Shown: positions 49,830-63,072, counted from the first letter of the stretch. The stretch is DNA of 64,000 bases from Octopus sinensis (GCF_006345805.1 NC_042997.1:160394001-160458000); one strand, 5' to 3'. Numbers and translations are program-made. The notes: generated by a model from the sequence alone, not told the origin.

Positions 49830-52800
49830 TAGAAAATTAAAGGAATGGTACAAGTATGCAGGTAAGGAAGAGAGGCAATAAGAATCAGTATAAGTGGAAG
49901 ATGGATAAAGAGGAAAGTGTAATAGACGACTTTATCTCGAAGAGGACTAAGAGGAAGAGAGGGAAAGCAAGGAAGAGACGAAATGAATAGAAAGAATAGA
50001 GGAGTGAAGATATTCAATAGAAAAAAGGGACAGGGGATAACCGAAATTAAGGAAACAACAGGCATAAAAATGTTAGTGTTTGTAATAGGGCCGTCACACA
50101 GGAAAATATCTGCACATAGGACCCGGCTCGAAAGTCCTTCGTAACAGACTGGCGAGTTGAAATTCATCGACGCATAGAGTCACCCTAAGAAAGTCTTTGT
50201 TTCCTTTCAAAATTAAACCCCTATACAACGCCATAGTACAACTTCCACTAACCGCATTGCCCGTCTGTCTGAGGAGCGTGAGCCCCTGGAGACACTCAAG
50301 GTGCCAAACGCCCATCCTTGGTCTACGCTTGATCCAAGATGACAGCTCACTCAAAGAGACGGGCTGCGGGAAAGCGAGTCCTGTCGCCGAGGAAACGCTG
50401 GATGCGCCGCAGCCTCAGTGCATGACTGTACATCAATAGCCACGGTATACCCAGTCAAGTTCATAGGGTCTTGACAGTAAATAGAGCGCCTGACCAGCGG
50501 AGTTCTTCCTCCCATAAAAGGCAGAAAAGCAAACGCTCCAGCTTGATCAGGTTCTAACTGGGGCACAGCAGGACGGTGAAACAGTAGTAAATGACTGAGG
50601 CGACGTATGTGTTCGCCACCTCTTCCCGACCTTTCAAAGATAGATTCCTCTTGACACATTTCTGGGTGAGACTGTCTACCCTGCTCGTCACCTTGCTCCA
50701 TTTCTTCTCCAGCTGGAGGTCCGGTCCGAACCAGACTTCGAGCAATTTTACGGGCCCGACCGTCCAACGTACAACAACGCTGTCGGTTAGCATGAATCTG
50801 CCTCTCCAGTTGCCGAGCTGCAGGCCCACCGATTTTCCCGGATTAATCTTTGCTCCCATTACTTTCTCATATTCTTTCACAGTAGTGCTGACCAGATCTA
50901 TGTGCTTGTCGTCCGGCACAATGACGGTGACGTCGTCTCCGTATGCCGACACAACTCTTCCAGATTTTAATTCACGCGAAATGCCTCTCAAAATCTCCAG
51001 TTTCTAAAGTAATGATTCGAGGGTCAGTACTTACAGAAGGGATGATAGTAGTCGCCCTTGACGGACCGAATGCACGATGTTGAATGCTTCCGACAGGTGA
51101 CCATTCACCCGGACTACCAAGCAAATGTCGCTGTACATGTCAAATATTCAACCGCGGAAAACCAGACCGAAAACGACCGCCGTGAAAACAGCTGCCAGAT
51201 ATCAAATGCTTTTTACTAATCTAAATTGATCAGAGCCCCACCCACCTGTTTGAGACGGCGCATGTTTATGCGTTTCCAACCAGTTTCTCAGCGACAAGCG
51301 TCAGCCTCTTCACTAACACGTCAGAAAAATTTTCCAGTCTGCGTTAAGCAGAGTGATGGGTCTAAAATTATCTAATACCTCCCCACTCGTTTTGATCCTT
51401 TCTCAGCTGTAGCAGTGATCCTCGGCTCACAGATTTGGGAATTCTTTCATTCTGTTGCCAGTTGCAGTAGATATCTGCCAAGATGCCTGCAAATAAGACT
51501 AGCATATTACAATAAAACTCATAGGGCAGACCATCTGATCCCGGCGATTTTACCCCCGTGCAGTTTATCATCTCATCCCGTATTTTCTCAATTGCTATCA
51601 GCCTTTAGCACCACTCCGCATCTCTTGCTGAGAGTCGTGGCAGTCCATCGAGATAGGCAGTGAAATTCATCCTGCGATCTGGCACACCGTTCGTCCCGAA
51701 CAATTCGGCAAAATGCTGCTGAAAAGCTGCACACATCTGCTCCGGCTCGTTCACTGCGCGTACATTTTGGTCCACAAAAGACCGAATGGTGTTTTTGTTG
51801 ACATTTTACCCCTCATCCACACGGGTCCATCGGGCAGCATTGGTTCCCTCTTTCTCAGAGCATGTGCCTTAGCTCTGACAATACAACCTCCTTCGTGCTT
51901 GGCGTTGAAGTGTTCATCAAGAGCCAACATAGCTGCCAGTACGTCAGTTGCAATGTCTTTCCTACGCGCCTTTTCTAGCTTTCTCACTAAATCGCCCTCT
52001 AATCTATTTCTTTCTACAGCTAAAACTTTGCTAAATCTAAGTGATTCTAGTTTGATGGCCATTTTTAGCTTAGACTACTGTCGGTGTGTAAACAGCCACC
52101 AATCTGAAGGCCCTACCGTTAATACCATTCACGTCCAAGACCACCAGCTTACCTTCTGGTCCAAGAAGACTGACCTTATTTTGAGATCCAGACCTTACCG
52201 AAACAATAGCGCAGTACTCCCGCCACCCATTCCCGCCGATACGGAAGATGAATAGATCTCGTAGTTTTCGAAATTGGGCATGAAACCTTGCGGTTCGGTT
52301 TGTCTGGATTCAGTAATGGCTATTACATCTATTCCTCGCGACCTGAGGTCGTTGAGTAGGTGACCGTGTTTCCAAGGAGACTCCAGGCCACATACATTTG
52401 TGCAACCTATTTTGAGTATGACTAGTTGAGTGGCTGGGAAGGAGAAAAAGGAGAGGACTACTCACTGTTAGCACTCTGGGATGGGAGTGGGATGTCGCAC
52501 TCCCTATGTGGAGTGTGGTGGTCTCCATAACCAAGGATATATAGAGGCTCCAGGACAGTTTCGTGTCGGAGTCTCCAACCGCCTGTGGAAATTTGGATTT
52601 TATGTTGCTGTAGGTATGTTGCGATGTTCGGACTATCTGTGTGTGTTGGCGGTGTATTATCCGTGGAGGGAACAAAATTAAACATCTTAATGTCTGTATT
52701 TTTCTTTATGCATAATAAGTTTGTGTTGTCTGTGTTTATGGCAGTGAGTTTTGTGGTGTATTTGTTATTTTCATATACTTTTTGTGTTGAGCTTGTTGTG

Positions 52801-52980
52801 CCTTGTACTGTTGGCTGTGTCTGTGGTGTTGGTAGTGGTGGTCTTAGTGAAGGTGTTGGAAGCGTGGGTGTTGGTGTGCTGTTATTGTTGTTGTGTTCGG
52901 GTGATTCTAAGTGTTCTTTTGGGGTACAGCTGTTTTATTTGTTGGTGCACCGTAGTGCCTTTTTTTAGGCTCTTATGTGT
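49830..52980 (-). mobile_element. Decayed Tx1/L1-clade LINE, same family
   Basis: APE start KIGCTNVCGL (~52410), KSPGSDGLPYEFY, VSAYGDDVT, GAKINPGKS, and a pyrimidine-rich 3' UTR towards 49830. Confidence 0.9.
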
Positions 52981-53112
52981 GACTTCTGTCCACTGATACT
53001 TAATCCATCGATCTCGAAATGATTTTAGGCAAAGTCGACTTCAGCGGAATTTGAACTCAGAACGTAGCGACAGACAAAATGTCGCAAAGCATTTTGTTAG
53101 GTGTGTTCATAG

Positions 53113-53960
53113 TGAGAGAGCAGCGCATACCATCAAATTGACACTGGGGTAAAATATACAAATCGCAATATACTCATCATGATTATCCGTCCGTTAAGGA
53201 TGAACCAGGCACATGCATCACAACCACATGTGCGTGACGTAGTGATCTCATTAACACCCATGACCTTGCAGGTGGTGCCCAGTTAAAATTTTCTTCAGGT
53301 CGAGTAGCCCATCCCGATCAAAAGGTCCCTGAATAAGGTTTATTTTAGGATGATGAATGAAACACTTATGTTTCCAGAGGTGAATTATTCAAACCCCAAA
53401 GATGCTTCCCCGCTAGTTCTGCTTGTGTTCAGAGATGCACACATCGTCAGTCACTAAGGGACGTGCTCAACTGGTTGTCAAGTAACTGACAAGCAAATTA
53501 GTGGTATTGAGCAGAATACTTGCTGCAGCCCATCTTTTAAACCGAGACATAAAATGTACATGAAGTTGGAGGAAGAAGAGGGAATGTAACCCTCATTGAA
53601 AATGAACAGAACAACATGAATAAGAAATATCCTCTGGTGGAAAATGGCACCAAAATCTGATCAGAGAATGTCAAGCACAACAACGGGGCACACTGGCTTC
53701 AGAAGGACCAGCCAATGATGCCGTGGCCAGTAACAATTGTGCGAGTGCTTATCTTGTTTACCTATGATGTGGCAGCTTATAAATGGAATAATGGGGAGAG
53801 CAGTGTACGACCATCTTGAGAGAAATGACCCGTTAACAGATAAACAGATGGCCTGCGGAAAGGGGTCACGTTGAACAAAGGATGAGATGCTGATAGATAA
53901 GGCAATTTTGATCAACTATCGGGAAGGCAGTCAAGCTTATCAGTTGCTTGTGCATCAAGT
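53113..53960 (+). mobile_element. R4/Dong-type element: terminal leader plus internally deleted coding relic
   Basis: 53113-53400 is a diverged reverse complement of 55383-55698. Downstream lies an RT relic (KGSR*TKDEMLIDKAIL). Confidence 0.6.
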
Positions 53961-54118
53961 ATGATAGTTGCATTCTTTATTTATTTTTCACATCCTATTG
54001 ATTTCACACTTAACTCGTTATAACTGATTTCATATTTCAGCTCATTATAATCAATTATGATCAAATATATGCTTAGCAACATTTCTTCCGGCTCACTACG
54101 TTCTGAAGTCAAATACCT

Positions 54119-54350
54119 ATTTCTTTATTATCCACAAGGGGCTAAACACAGAAGGGACAAACAAGGACAGATATAGGTATTAAGTCGATTACATCGACCC
54201 CAGTGCGTATTTGGTACTTATTTAATCGACCTCGAAAGGATGAAAGGCAAAGTTGACCTCGGCGGAATTTGAACTCAGTACTTAGCGGCAGACGAAATAC
54301 CACTAAGCATTTCGCCTGGCGTGCAAACGATTCTGCCAGCTCCACGCCTT
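54119..54350 (-). mobile_element. Full-length SINE family A copy
   Basis: Reverse complement has the head ggcg..agctggcagaatcg, B box gagttcaaattcc, and the same central domain and tail as 14761-14912. Confidence 0.88.
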
Positions 54351-54854
54351 ACCGTAGTCAAATACCGTCGATGTCGACTTTGTCTTTTATCCTTTCAGAA
54401 TCAATAAAATATTTCCGAGTGCAGATAATTACCAGTTTAGCATAGAAGAACCCGTTCCACAAAAATTTCAGAAATAGTGCCTATTGTAGAAAGGATTTTT
54501 ATCAGTTGTATTTAGGTTATTGTTGCTTTCTTTTAAACAAACTGCTCCTAGTCTCATCCAGAGACACCATGTAGCAGCAAGCTGGACGTTCTACTATGAG
54601 TATCATTTAGTATTTAATAGAAACTTGGTTCTCAGATGCAGCTCTCTTTCCGTCACGACATATCATTGCTAGTAATAAATAACAGATTGTTTATTGCGAA
54701 CTGTTAAAATATTACGAGGGGAACTCGAGGATTAGATGGGCTAGAAGGAATGGAAAAGGCAAGGAGAAAGTTGCTTGATAGCTAAGTTTATTGAAACATA
54801 AGTGACAAGTTATAAAAACCATCGAAAGAAAAATGCTATAATTGTTTCTCATTT

Positions 54855-54896
<42 letters not shown>

Positions 54897-55069
54897 ATTC
54901 ATGTTGTAGATGCATGTTGTTTGATTGGCACTTATTTTATCGACCGCGTAAGGACGAAGGGCAAAGTCGACTGCAGCGGAATTTGAACTAAGGACGTAAC
55001 GACGGACTAAATGTCACCAAGTATTTTACTCGGTGGACCTATGATTATTCCAGCTAACCGCCTTCATAA

Positions 55070-55071
55070 TA

Positions 55072-55150
<79 letters not shown>

Positions 55151-55187
55151 TAACAATAATAATAATAATAATAATATAATAATAATA

Positions 55188-55222
<35 letters not shown>

Positions 55223-55331
55223 TAATAATAATAATAATAATAGTAATGATAATAGTAATAATAATAATAATAGTAATAATAATAATAATAATAATAATGA
55301 TAATAATAAAATTAATAATAATAATAATTTA

Positions 55332-55378
<47 letters not shown>

Positions 55379-55380
55379 AG
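55070..55380. repeat. Compound trinucleotide microsatellite (GAT)n-(AAT)n-(GAT)n; second array 55700-55810
   Basis: Direct reading. Confidence 0.95.
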
Positions 55381-55382
55381 AG

Positions 55383-55698
55383 AAGTATTGGTGGAGCATC
55401 ATAGCCAAGTGTTGAGAGGGATTCTGGAAACATGGGTGTTTCGTTCAATATCCTCAAACAACCTTGATTCAGGAACCTTTTGAACGGGATCGGTTACTCG
55501 ACCAGAAGAAAATTTTGACTGGGCCACACCTGCAAGGTCATATGCTGTTTATATTGATATGAGATCACCATGTAGCGCACATATGGTTGTGATGCATGTG
55601 CCTAGTGTACCCTTATCAGACGGGTAGTCATGATGGGTCTACTAGGCTTTGTATATTTTACCCCAGAGTCACTTTGATGGCATGCACTGCTCTCTCAC
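55383..55698 (-). mobile_element. R4/Dong-type terminal (probably 5') segment abutting (TAA)n
   Basis: Homologous to 53113-53400, and flanked by (AAT)n on the right and (GAT)n on the left. Confidence 0.65.
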
Positions 55699-55707
55699 TC
55701 AATAATA

Positions 55708-55777
<70 letters not shown>

Positions 55778-55859
55778 TGATGATGATGATAATGATAGTA
55801 ATAATAATAAGCAATATGGAGCAAATCAGACAAAAAGCACACCAAAAATGCGCAGTGGA

Positions 55860-56740
55860 TTAATAGGGAAAAGGAAAAACGAAAGAACACAATAGAACAA
55901 CAGATATGGCCCACCATCAGAAGCCAAGAGATCAGGGACAATTTGAGGAGTACCAGCAACTGGAAAAAACTCCAGGGATAGACAAGGTTCCTAATTTCTG
56001 GTTGCAACAACTCACCAGTACTCATAACCCCTTAGCGGCAGCGTTCGATTTATTGTTGAGTGAGGCAGAATCAATACCAAAAGCTTGAAGAACAAATCAC
56101 TCTAATTTCCAAAAAACAAAGACACCGTACACTCACAAAATTACAGACCAATAACATGCCTATCAACAATGTACAAGACCGTAACAGCAGTCATCTATAA
56201 CCGTCTTATATAGCATCTGGAAAACAACAATGTTTAATCATAAGAGCAAAAAAGGTGCTGGAGTGGCATGTAAGGCTGTAAGGAGCAACTTCTAGTAAAC
56301 TGAGCCATTCATAGAGAACTGTAAGAGGAGAAAGACAAACACGAAAATTAGGAGAGAGTATTAGAGAAGAGTTAGACTAATATTAAACACTGAACTTAAT
56401 ATTAAAAATAAGATAATAGGGATAAACACGCAAGCCATACCCGTCATAAAGTACAGCTTTAACATAATAAACTGGAAGATCAGTGAACAGAAAAACCTAG
56501 ATAGAAAAAAGCAGAAACCTACTAACAGCGTATCGAAGGCACCACCGCAAAGCACACGCAGACAGAATATACCTATCCCGCTCAGAAGGAGGCCGCGGCC
56601 TGATACAGACAGAGAATTACTATAAAATAATGACAGCTGAACTAGCAAAGCACTTAGATGCAAAGAGTGGATGACTACTGCATGTAGTAAAGCAACATGA
56701 GAGAAAGAAAACTTTTCTGTATTCACAAGGAGATGACAAA
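55860..56740 (+). mobile_element. R4/Dong-type RT relic with internal deletion
   Basis: KTPGIDKVPNFWL, NYRPITCLSTMYK, GCKEQLL | RVRLILNTELNIKNKIIGINT.AIPVIKYSF, DRIYLSRSEGGRGL. Confidence 0.85.
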
Positions 56741-57376
56741 ATACAAAACAGAAACAAACTATACTGATACACTGATTGTTTTACTGTCAATTCCTCAGTT
56801 TTAAAGAATACCTCGACTCCACCGAACTGACTCGCTCGAGATATATGTCTGATGTTGTGCCATATATTGCGACGGGCACTTTGTATTTGGCGTTTGTGAT
56901 CGTCCCCAGTCTTCAAAATTTAAAACTAAAACATCTGAATGCAACTGTTTTACAAGCCCTTGCAGCTAGAGTTTCAGGATTTGGACAATATATAACTTTC
57001 TCCATTCAATTTTCCTAAATCTAGTTGCATCCAATTTTTTTGAGCATTTATCATCCAGGGAAAGTATAAAAATTCTTTTTATGTTTACCACACCATCGAA
57101 AGAAACCTTATTTTTGTGGCTGTTGTAGTTGTTGTTGTTGCTAGTGGTATTGTTAGTGCTGTTGCTGGTGCCTACACCGCAGCTACTACTGCAACCTATG
57201 TTATTACCCTTCCTGTAGATATTACTGCTGCTGCTACAGTTGCTGTTACAGATTCTGCTACTGCTATTATTGCAGCTACTGTAGCTCCTGTTGTTGCTGC
57301 TACCACTATTACAGTGGTTTCTTTTGTTAGTGTTGTTGTGGTTGTTGCTATTGTTGTTTATTACAGAGGGGAGTGA

Positions 57377-57754
57377 TAAGCAGTGATAATTAGAATTGTA
57401 CTGCTGTTATCAGTTCGAATTTCCTTGAAGCATGTTCGAACCGGTGAACAAGCTACTCACTGAATTTTGTCACGGACGATATATCCCATTTGTAGACACG
57501 TGGTGCGAATACACCTAGATCATGTCGTAGTACCACCTACCCAGACCGTGAGATGCAGGCATTTTGGAGTAGTTATCTCCTCTTCGGTCACAGACACCAG
57601 GCAGGCGGCGCTGCGAGCTGATTGAAGATACTGACTCCCTTATAATTTTCCAGTTGCCATACGGCGACTGATAGCGCTGTGCAGCGGCACACCGTACAGA
57701 TGGGGAACGCTAAGCAGTGATACGTAAAACTGTACTGTTATTATCAGTCCGAAT
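57377..57754. repeat. 334-bp GC-richer unit bounded by ~44-bp degenerate direct repeats
   Basis: taagcagtgataattagaattgtactgctgttatcagttcgaat (57377) versus taagcagtgatacgtaaaactgtactgttattatcagtccgaat (57711). Confidence 0.7.
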
Positions 57755-58297
57755 ATGCTTAATTGTTGTGAATATTGCTACTGCTGATGTTGATGTTAGT
57801 GTTGTTGTTTTTGTTATATCAGTTGGATCAGTATAGTGCCCAATGAAAATTTCTCCTCCCATTCAGTTAAGAAAGAAGCTGCTGGCTGGATAAACTCAAG
57901 AAAACAAACAATGATGAACTACATTATTGTATTCTGGAGTGCGTGAGAAGACTCAGGGTTTCCTGAAATCAAGAGGTTAATTTTCTTTTTATAAAATGTG
58001 ATGACATGCAACATTTGTCTCTACATGTTTATCAGCAGACATAAAGCCATGAATGATCTAATTTCGACTCTTGGTGATGTTTTCATTCAAATTTGGGCAC
58101 GCCTCATTCTTCCAACATAAAAATACTTTTTGATTTAAGAAAAAATTTGTAGGGAATTGGAAATTTCACTTTGTATATTCAGTTACCTATCTGTATGATT
58201 GATAGCTAATTCAATCACTAAACTGTGTTCTAAGCACATACATACATACATCACAGCTGCAACCTCGTTACACTAGAAAAGACATTGTCAAGAAGAC

Positions 58298-58513
58298 TTA
58301 CTGAAATGATTCATCATGTGATGCCCTTATATGACTTTTAAACCCGGCCAAGCTTTTACACATTTTATTACATACTAGATAACTGTGCTGGCTGGCAGGA
58401 GAAACAGGCGCCACCATATGCACTCTCTTAACATGTCTTTTTAGACCTCCAACTGAGAGGCATACCCTTCCACATTTTACACGCATTGTTATGAATTTTA
58501 ATAGCCCCATCAT
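58298..58513 (-). pseudogene. Two degenerate C2H2-like zinc fingers, probably the C-terminus of an RTE-type LINE
   Basis: KCGRVCLSVGGLKRHVKRVH and VCNKMCKSLAGFKSHIRASH. The first Cys is lost in both, there are no TGEKP linkers, and no splice signals were found. Confidence 0.45.
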
Positions 58514-59099
58514 TGTATATTGTGTTTTTTTATTTATATATATTGTATGTCAATATCATTTTCAATTTTACTGTTTTTATCTCAATTTTTAATTTGTATT
58601 TATTTCTCGTATTTTAATTTTTTTAAATAAATAGATAAGGGCTGGATAGAGCTCCTCTGTTTACCCAAGCCATGACGAAGGCAGTCTATCTAAGAGAAAG
58701 TAACTCTGAATTTAAATACTTGACTGCTGTCTTGTAGTTAGAGTTTGTTTGGGCAAAGACTGGGAGAAGCACACTCTGATATAAAACCTGCGACTGCAAA
58801 TGCACCCAATGAAGTCAACTTGCGTTTCTTTTTGGATTATACTGTACAAAACTTCTCCTTTAAAAAGTGTCAAGCACATACATACATACACATACATACA
58901 TACACATACATACATACATACACATACATACATACATACATACATACATACATACATACATACATGCAGAAAGGCTAAGGGAGATCCCACGATAGGCCAT
59001 ATGGGAAGACAAAGAATATTGGGATAAGGAATACCCAACATACTCAAATTTTACAAAAAAAAACAAAAACTATTACACCAGCAATTTATATATGTTGGA

Positions 59100-61200
59100 A
59101 AGAAACACAGCACCCTGCCGAATAAAATCATTCAGCCAAAACGCACAAATGATAGTACCCGTATTAACAACACAGTAAATATTTTCCGCGAAGTCACTGT
59201 GAACGAGAAGAAATACGGTCAATACAAACACAACAATAACAAACCGTTACCATTGCACGGACATGTGGGGATCAGATATGACCTCACAAAAGCAAGTGAA
59301 GAATATAAAATACTAAAATCGCAGCTTGCACCGAAGTTGAAGTAGAACTTCACGACTTTATACATAAAGCACTGCATGAGTAAGCAATACCGACATGAGT
59401 TGGGAAAAAAACCCCACCGACATGATATTATCAGCCACCGACAAAATTGCGAGAGAACAACTAGCTCAAATCCAAACTCCCGACTTTTGGACAATAAATG
59501 TTCTGCTTTACTCTATCGAAGTAACTGTGTACCAACAGATGGAAGAAAAGGGACAAACCCAAAGGATAGTACTGGCCCAAAATCGATTAGTTCACTTATT
59601 AAAGAAAATCAACCAACTCAGGAACATGATAGGGCATTTGGACACTATCATTAAAGGCAAAGACTAAAATGAGTTCAGGAATCACCAGCTACGACGGCAT
59701 GATAGATTCTCGGCATTGTATTAGCACTGCACCGGGAAACACCCATAGGCAGGCTGAATACTCTCAACCACGATCTACGAGCGTTATAACAGAATTTGCA
59801 CGAACGAAAAATGGGAAACCGAAAGTTTGTTCGAAATCCACCAACTATATATTGCAGTAGGCAAGGCGATAAAATCAAGATAGTATATGATCCTCCCTAG
59901 GAAAACCTAGATTTACTTTCGAGAGAAATCTGGAATGTAAACAAAGTACATAATAGCGAGACATCATGTTTAAACGAGAGAGTATTTTGTAAATGCCTCT
60001 CCCAAAGCATATAACATCATAGAACATATTATGAAACTACTGAATAGAAAAATCGCCCGGGAGAGACCTGAGAGTAGGCTACTGGTACAAAACTTCACGT
60101 TCTACAGAGGAATTCTCATGAATATATTTAAAGAAACAATAGACGCTGAGCTAAATATGCCAGATTGACAGTTGCACGGACTACCCTTATTCTCAAGAGC
60201 AATGAGACTCAGGCGGCCAAATACTATTGGCCCATAGTATGCTAGAATGTTATGTGCAAGCTGCAGAGAGGTTGTCTAAATATATTTCTCCGAGACCAAT
60301 GCGAAAAAATGGTTTAATAACCAATGTACAGGCTGGAAGAAAAAAAAGTAATCTCTGGCTGTGCTTCCTCAACAAAGCTCTTCTTAAGGAAGCTCAGCAC
60401 TATCACTGTAATCACTTAACAACTTAGCTAGACTACAAGAAGGCGTTCGACTTTGTGCCTCACTCCTAGATGATAAAATAATAACACTTTTTCAAAGTAC
60501 CAGGTGCTATATTGAATGCCATTGAACGACTGACCAAACCATGCTTCACACAGGTATCGCCAGCAACACCTATGGTTACAAACAGAATTAAACAACCAGC
60601 AGGCATATTCAAGAATCATAGTTTATCTGTGATGTTGTTTGTGCAGGCAGTGAATCCCTTGTCAATCCTGTTTAACAAAATGCCAACGCTATATGCTAGA
60701 ATATATAGAAAAGAGTAAAATGGATGTCACCCATACCTATGTTGATGGTGGCCTAAAATTACGTTCTGCTAATATGATGAGTATCAATAGACAGTTCGAA
60801 ATAATTACAACATTCTCACGAGATGCAGGAATGGAGTTTGGGCAAGGTAAATTTTCATGCATGATAGTCAGCCGAAGAAAGATTGCCGATCAAACAGAAA
60901 ATATACACAAACGGCTTGTCTATCGCTCCTGTCCCTAATGATGTATCCTACAAGTATCCACGAGATAGTTGCATACGTCGGTGCTCTGACTAATGCCAGA
61001 ACAATAAATGAATACTTCTGTGGAGACCTGAAAATATGGAACTCAGAGCTATAAGCATTTAACAAGACTATATCTCAGAATGTTTTTGCACCGCCAGCGC
61101 TGATGCCGACGTACCAACTCGAGCAGATAATTACAAACATGCGAAAGTCTCTTAACTCAAAAGTTCTAGTCGCTTTGTTAGCGACCGGCTTGGACTGTCT
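59100..61200 (+). mobile_element. Heavily decayed R4/Dong-type element (N-terminal region + RT pieces)
   Basis: PDFWTINVLLYS, DYKKAFDFVPHS, LSVMLFVQAVNPLS, FSRDAGMEFG and WNSEL..FNK pieces, with many stops and frameshifts. Confidence 0.7.
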
Positions 61201-61387
61201 TAAGAAGAAATGAAATAAAACTCAAAGAAAATGACATATACACACACATAAGGTACGAGAGGTATTGGTATCAAGAAGACCCAAGATGGCAGGTAAGGCT
61301 GTGTAAGTGCTACGGGAGGACCGTAGTTAGACTCTCGTTCGATAATAGTACACGTGAGGAGCCTAATGGGGGGTTTTGTGTGAGCAT

Positions 61388-61840
61388 ATATATGTTAAAT
61401 AAAATGAAACAACAAAACCAAGGCTGCGTGGAATTTATAGGACATTTATAGAGAGAAAGGTAGTTTTACATACTATCCTCTTATAATAAAAAGACATGAA
61501 CTCCTGTCGGAATCTACATACCATGAACAAGAATCATCTCTACCCATTGTACACAGCACTTTCCTTGAATAATGGAACTGCAACTGTAACATCCAACATA
61601 TATTTTTACTTTTATTTTTATTCTGTTATTTCCCTTTATACTTTCTATATCCATCCTTTTCCAAAATAACGCCTGATATTGAACTCTACTATTTCCTTCT
61701 AGTTAACTTTCTCTTATCGTCTGTGATGAAGGGATATCCCTAATATTCCCAAAACAGCAGTAAGACTACCTTCCTCTTTATAAATGACCTATAAATTTCA
61801 CACAGCTTTGGGTTGTTGTCTCATTTCATTTAATATATAT
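61388..61840. mobile_element. Penelope-like end with inverted terminal repeat, probable GIY-YIG C-terminal relic and degenerate hammerhead
   Basis: ~61388-61470 is the reverse complement of ~61760-61840. NKRHELLS at ~61485-61510 resembles the PLE C-terminal NKR.EL.S.C.H motif, and a hammerhead-like motif lies at 61719-61766. Confidence 0.6.
61719..61766 (+). ncRNA. Degenerate minimal hammerhead motif (probably inactive)
   Basis: gtct-gTGATGA-agggata...tattccc-aAAAC-agca-GTA-agac. Helix I gtct/agac is intact but two core positions are mutated. Confidence 0.55.
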
Positions 61841-61932
61841 ACATTCACACATGTACACGCACACACACACTGCACACGCATTCAATAATTGAAAAGAAGT
61901 TTTACTGTTGATCTTCAGGCAAATACATATAC

Positions 61933-62005
<73 letters not shown>

Positions 62006-62469
62006 ATATGCATATGTAAGAGTATGAATTATATATTTTTGTGCGCATTTGCGTTTAAGTAACAACATAAAATTTAAATGTTACGATCACTCCTCTACAC
62101 TGCAGGTATAAACTTGTCTGTCTGTATATTTCTATATACACACACAAGCACAGGCACTCACACACGGACACACGTACAAACATACACAAAAACACGCTCG
62201 TACGCACGCGCGTGCATACACACACACCCACACACGTTTAATTACAAAATATTTCCTAGCATTGGCAGAAATTCATAGTTAGGGTGTCTCGCGGTTCAGT
62301 TTCTTTCCAGAGGCATTTTCAACTTGTTTAAAAAAAACAAAAAAAAACAGTACAAAACTGAAACGCAACGAAATATATGTAACAAGGCAAGTTGTGTATG
62401 TGATGTGGTAATTAATTTTTCACTTGTAAACTGTCTGAAGTCCTATTTATCACAATATAATACAGAAAT

Positions 62470-62824
62470 ATGTATTGGTTCTCAGTTAGTGCCGTCATTC
62501 GAAAAGCGAATCTTTACGCAATTACTTTCTCAATGCTACTATTCCAAATATGCTTGGGCGGTAATGCAGCATGCCGAGAATATTATGGGACCTGTATTCA
62601 CCCTTCTGTAACTGGCATTCCAGAAGCTGACAAGTTGAATCAGATATCAAACATCCGATCAAAAATTGAGTGCTTTTCTCACTGTGTGGCGTATTCCAAA
62701 TGTGGTATGATTATTTACAGCGTTTCCGAGAAAGTATGTATCCTACGTAAAATCAAGCAATTACCTAATGCCTCATCATTCATCGACATTCCTCCAAACA
62801 GCATTTACACCATGCTACAAGCTC
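62470..62824 (+). CDS. Exon encoding signal peptide + PAN/apple domain of a secreted or cell-surface protein; gene continues beyond this exon
   Basis: The ORF has a hydrophobic leader (LYAITFSMLLFQICLGGNAA) followed by the PAN core SKIECFSHCVAYSKCGMIIYSVSEKVCIL (C-x3-C-x5-C-x11-C-x-L). ATG has A at -3. A phase-1 donor GTGAGT lies at 62825, and an alternative acceptor ttctcAG ends at 62485. Confidence 0.75.
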
Positions 62825-62848
62825 GTGAGTAGTTTTCTTTTCATATTA

Positions 62849-63072
62849 CAATAACCCCTCGCCATATCGCAGTTCGTCTATCGCGGTTTACTATTTAAGC
62901 TTACATCGATTCCTCCGTGCTGGTGTTTTGCCTTTATAATAAAATAAATGTATACAATTTGTAAAAATAATTTTAAAAAAATATACAGTACAGTACTGTT
63001 TCTACTTCACGGATTTTCACTTATCGCGTAGTGTTTTGAAACGTAACACCCGCGATAGACGAAGGATTACTG
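62849..63072. mobile_element. Tigger/pogo-like MITE
   Basis: Imperfect TIRs caataacccctcgccatatcgc / gcgatagacgaaggattactg with TA on both sides; lies 24 bp after the PAN exon donor. Confidence 0.8.

Noticed and set aside
56776-57018. 80-aa plus-strand ORF with a possible acceptor at ~56795
   Set aside because: No domain, no strong donor, and it adjoins a retrotransposon relic.
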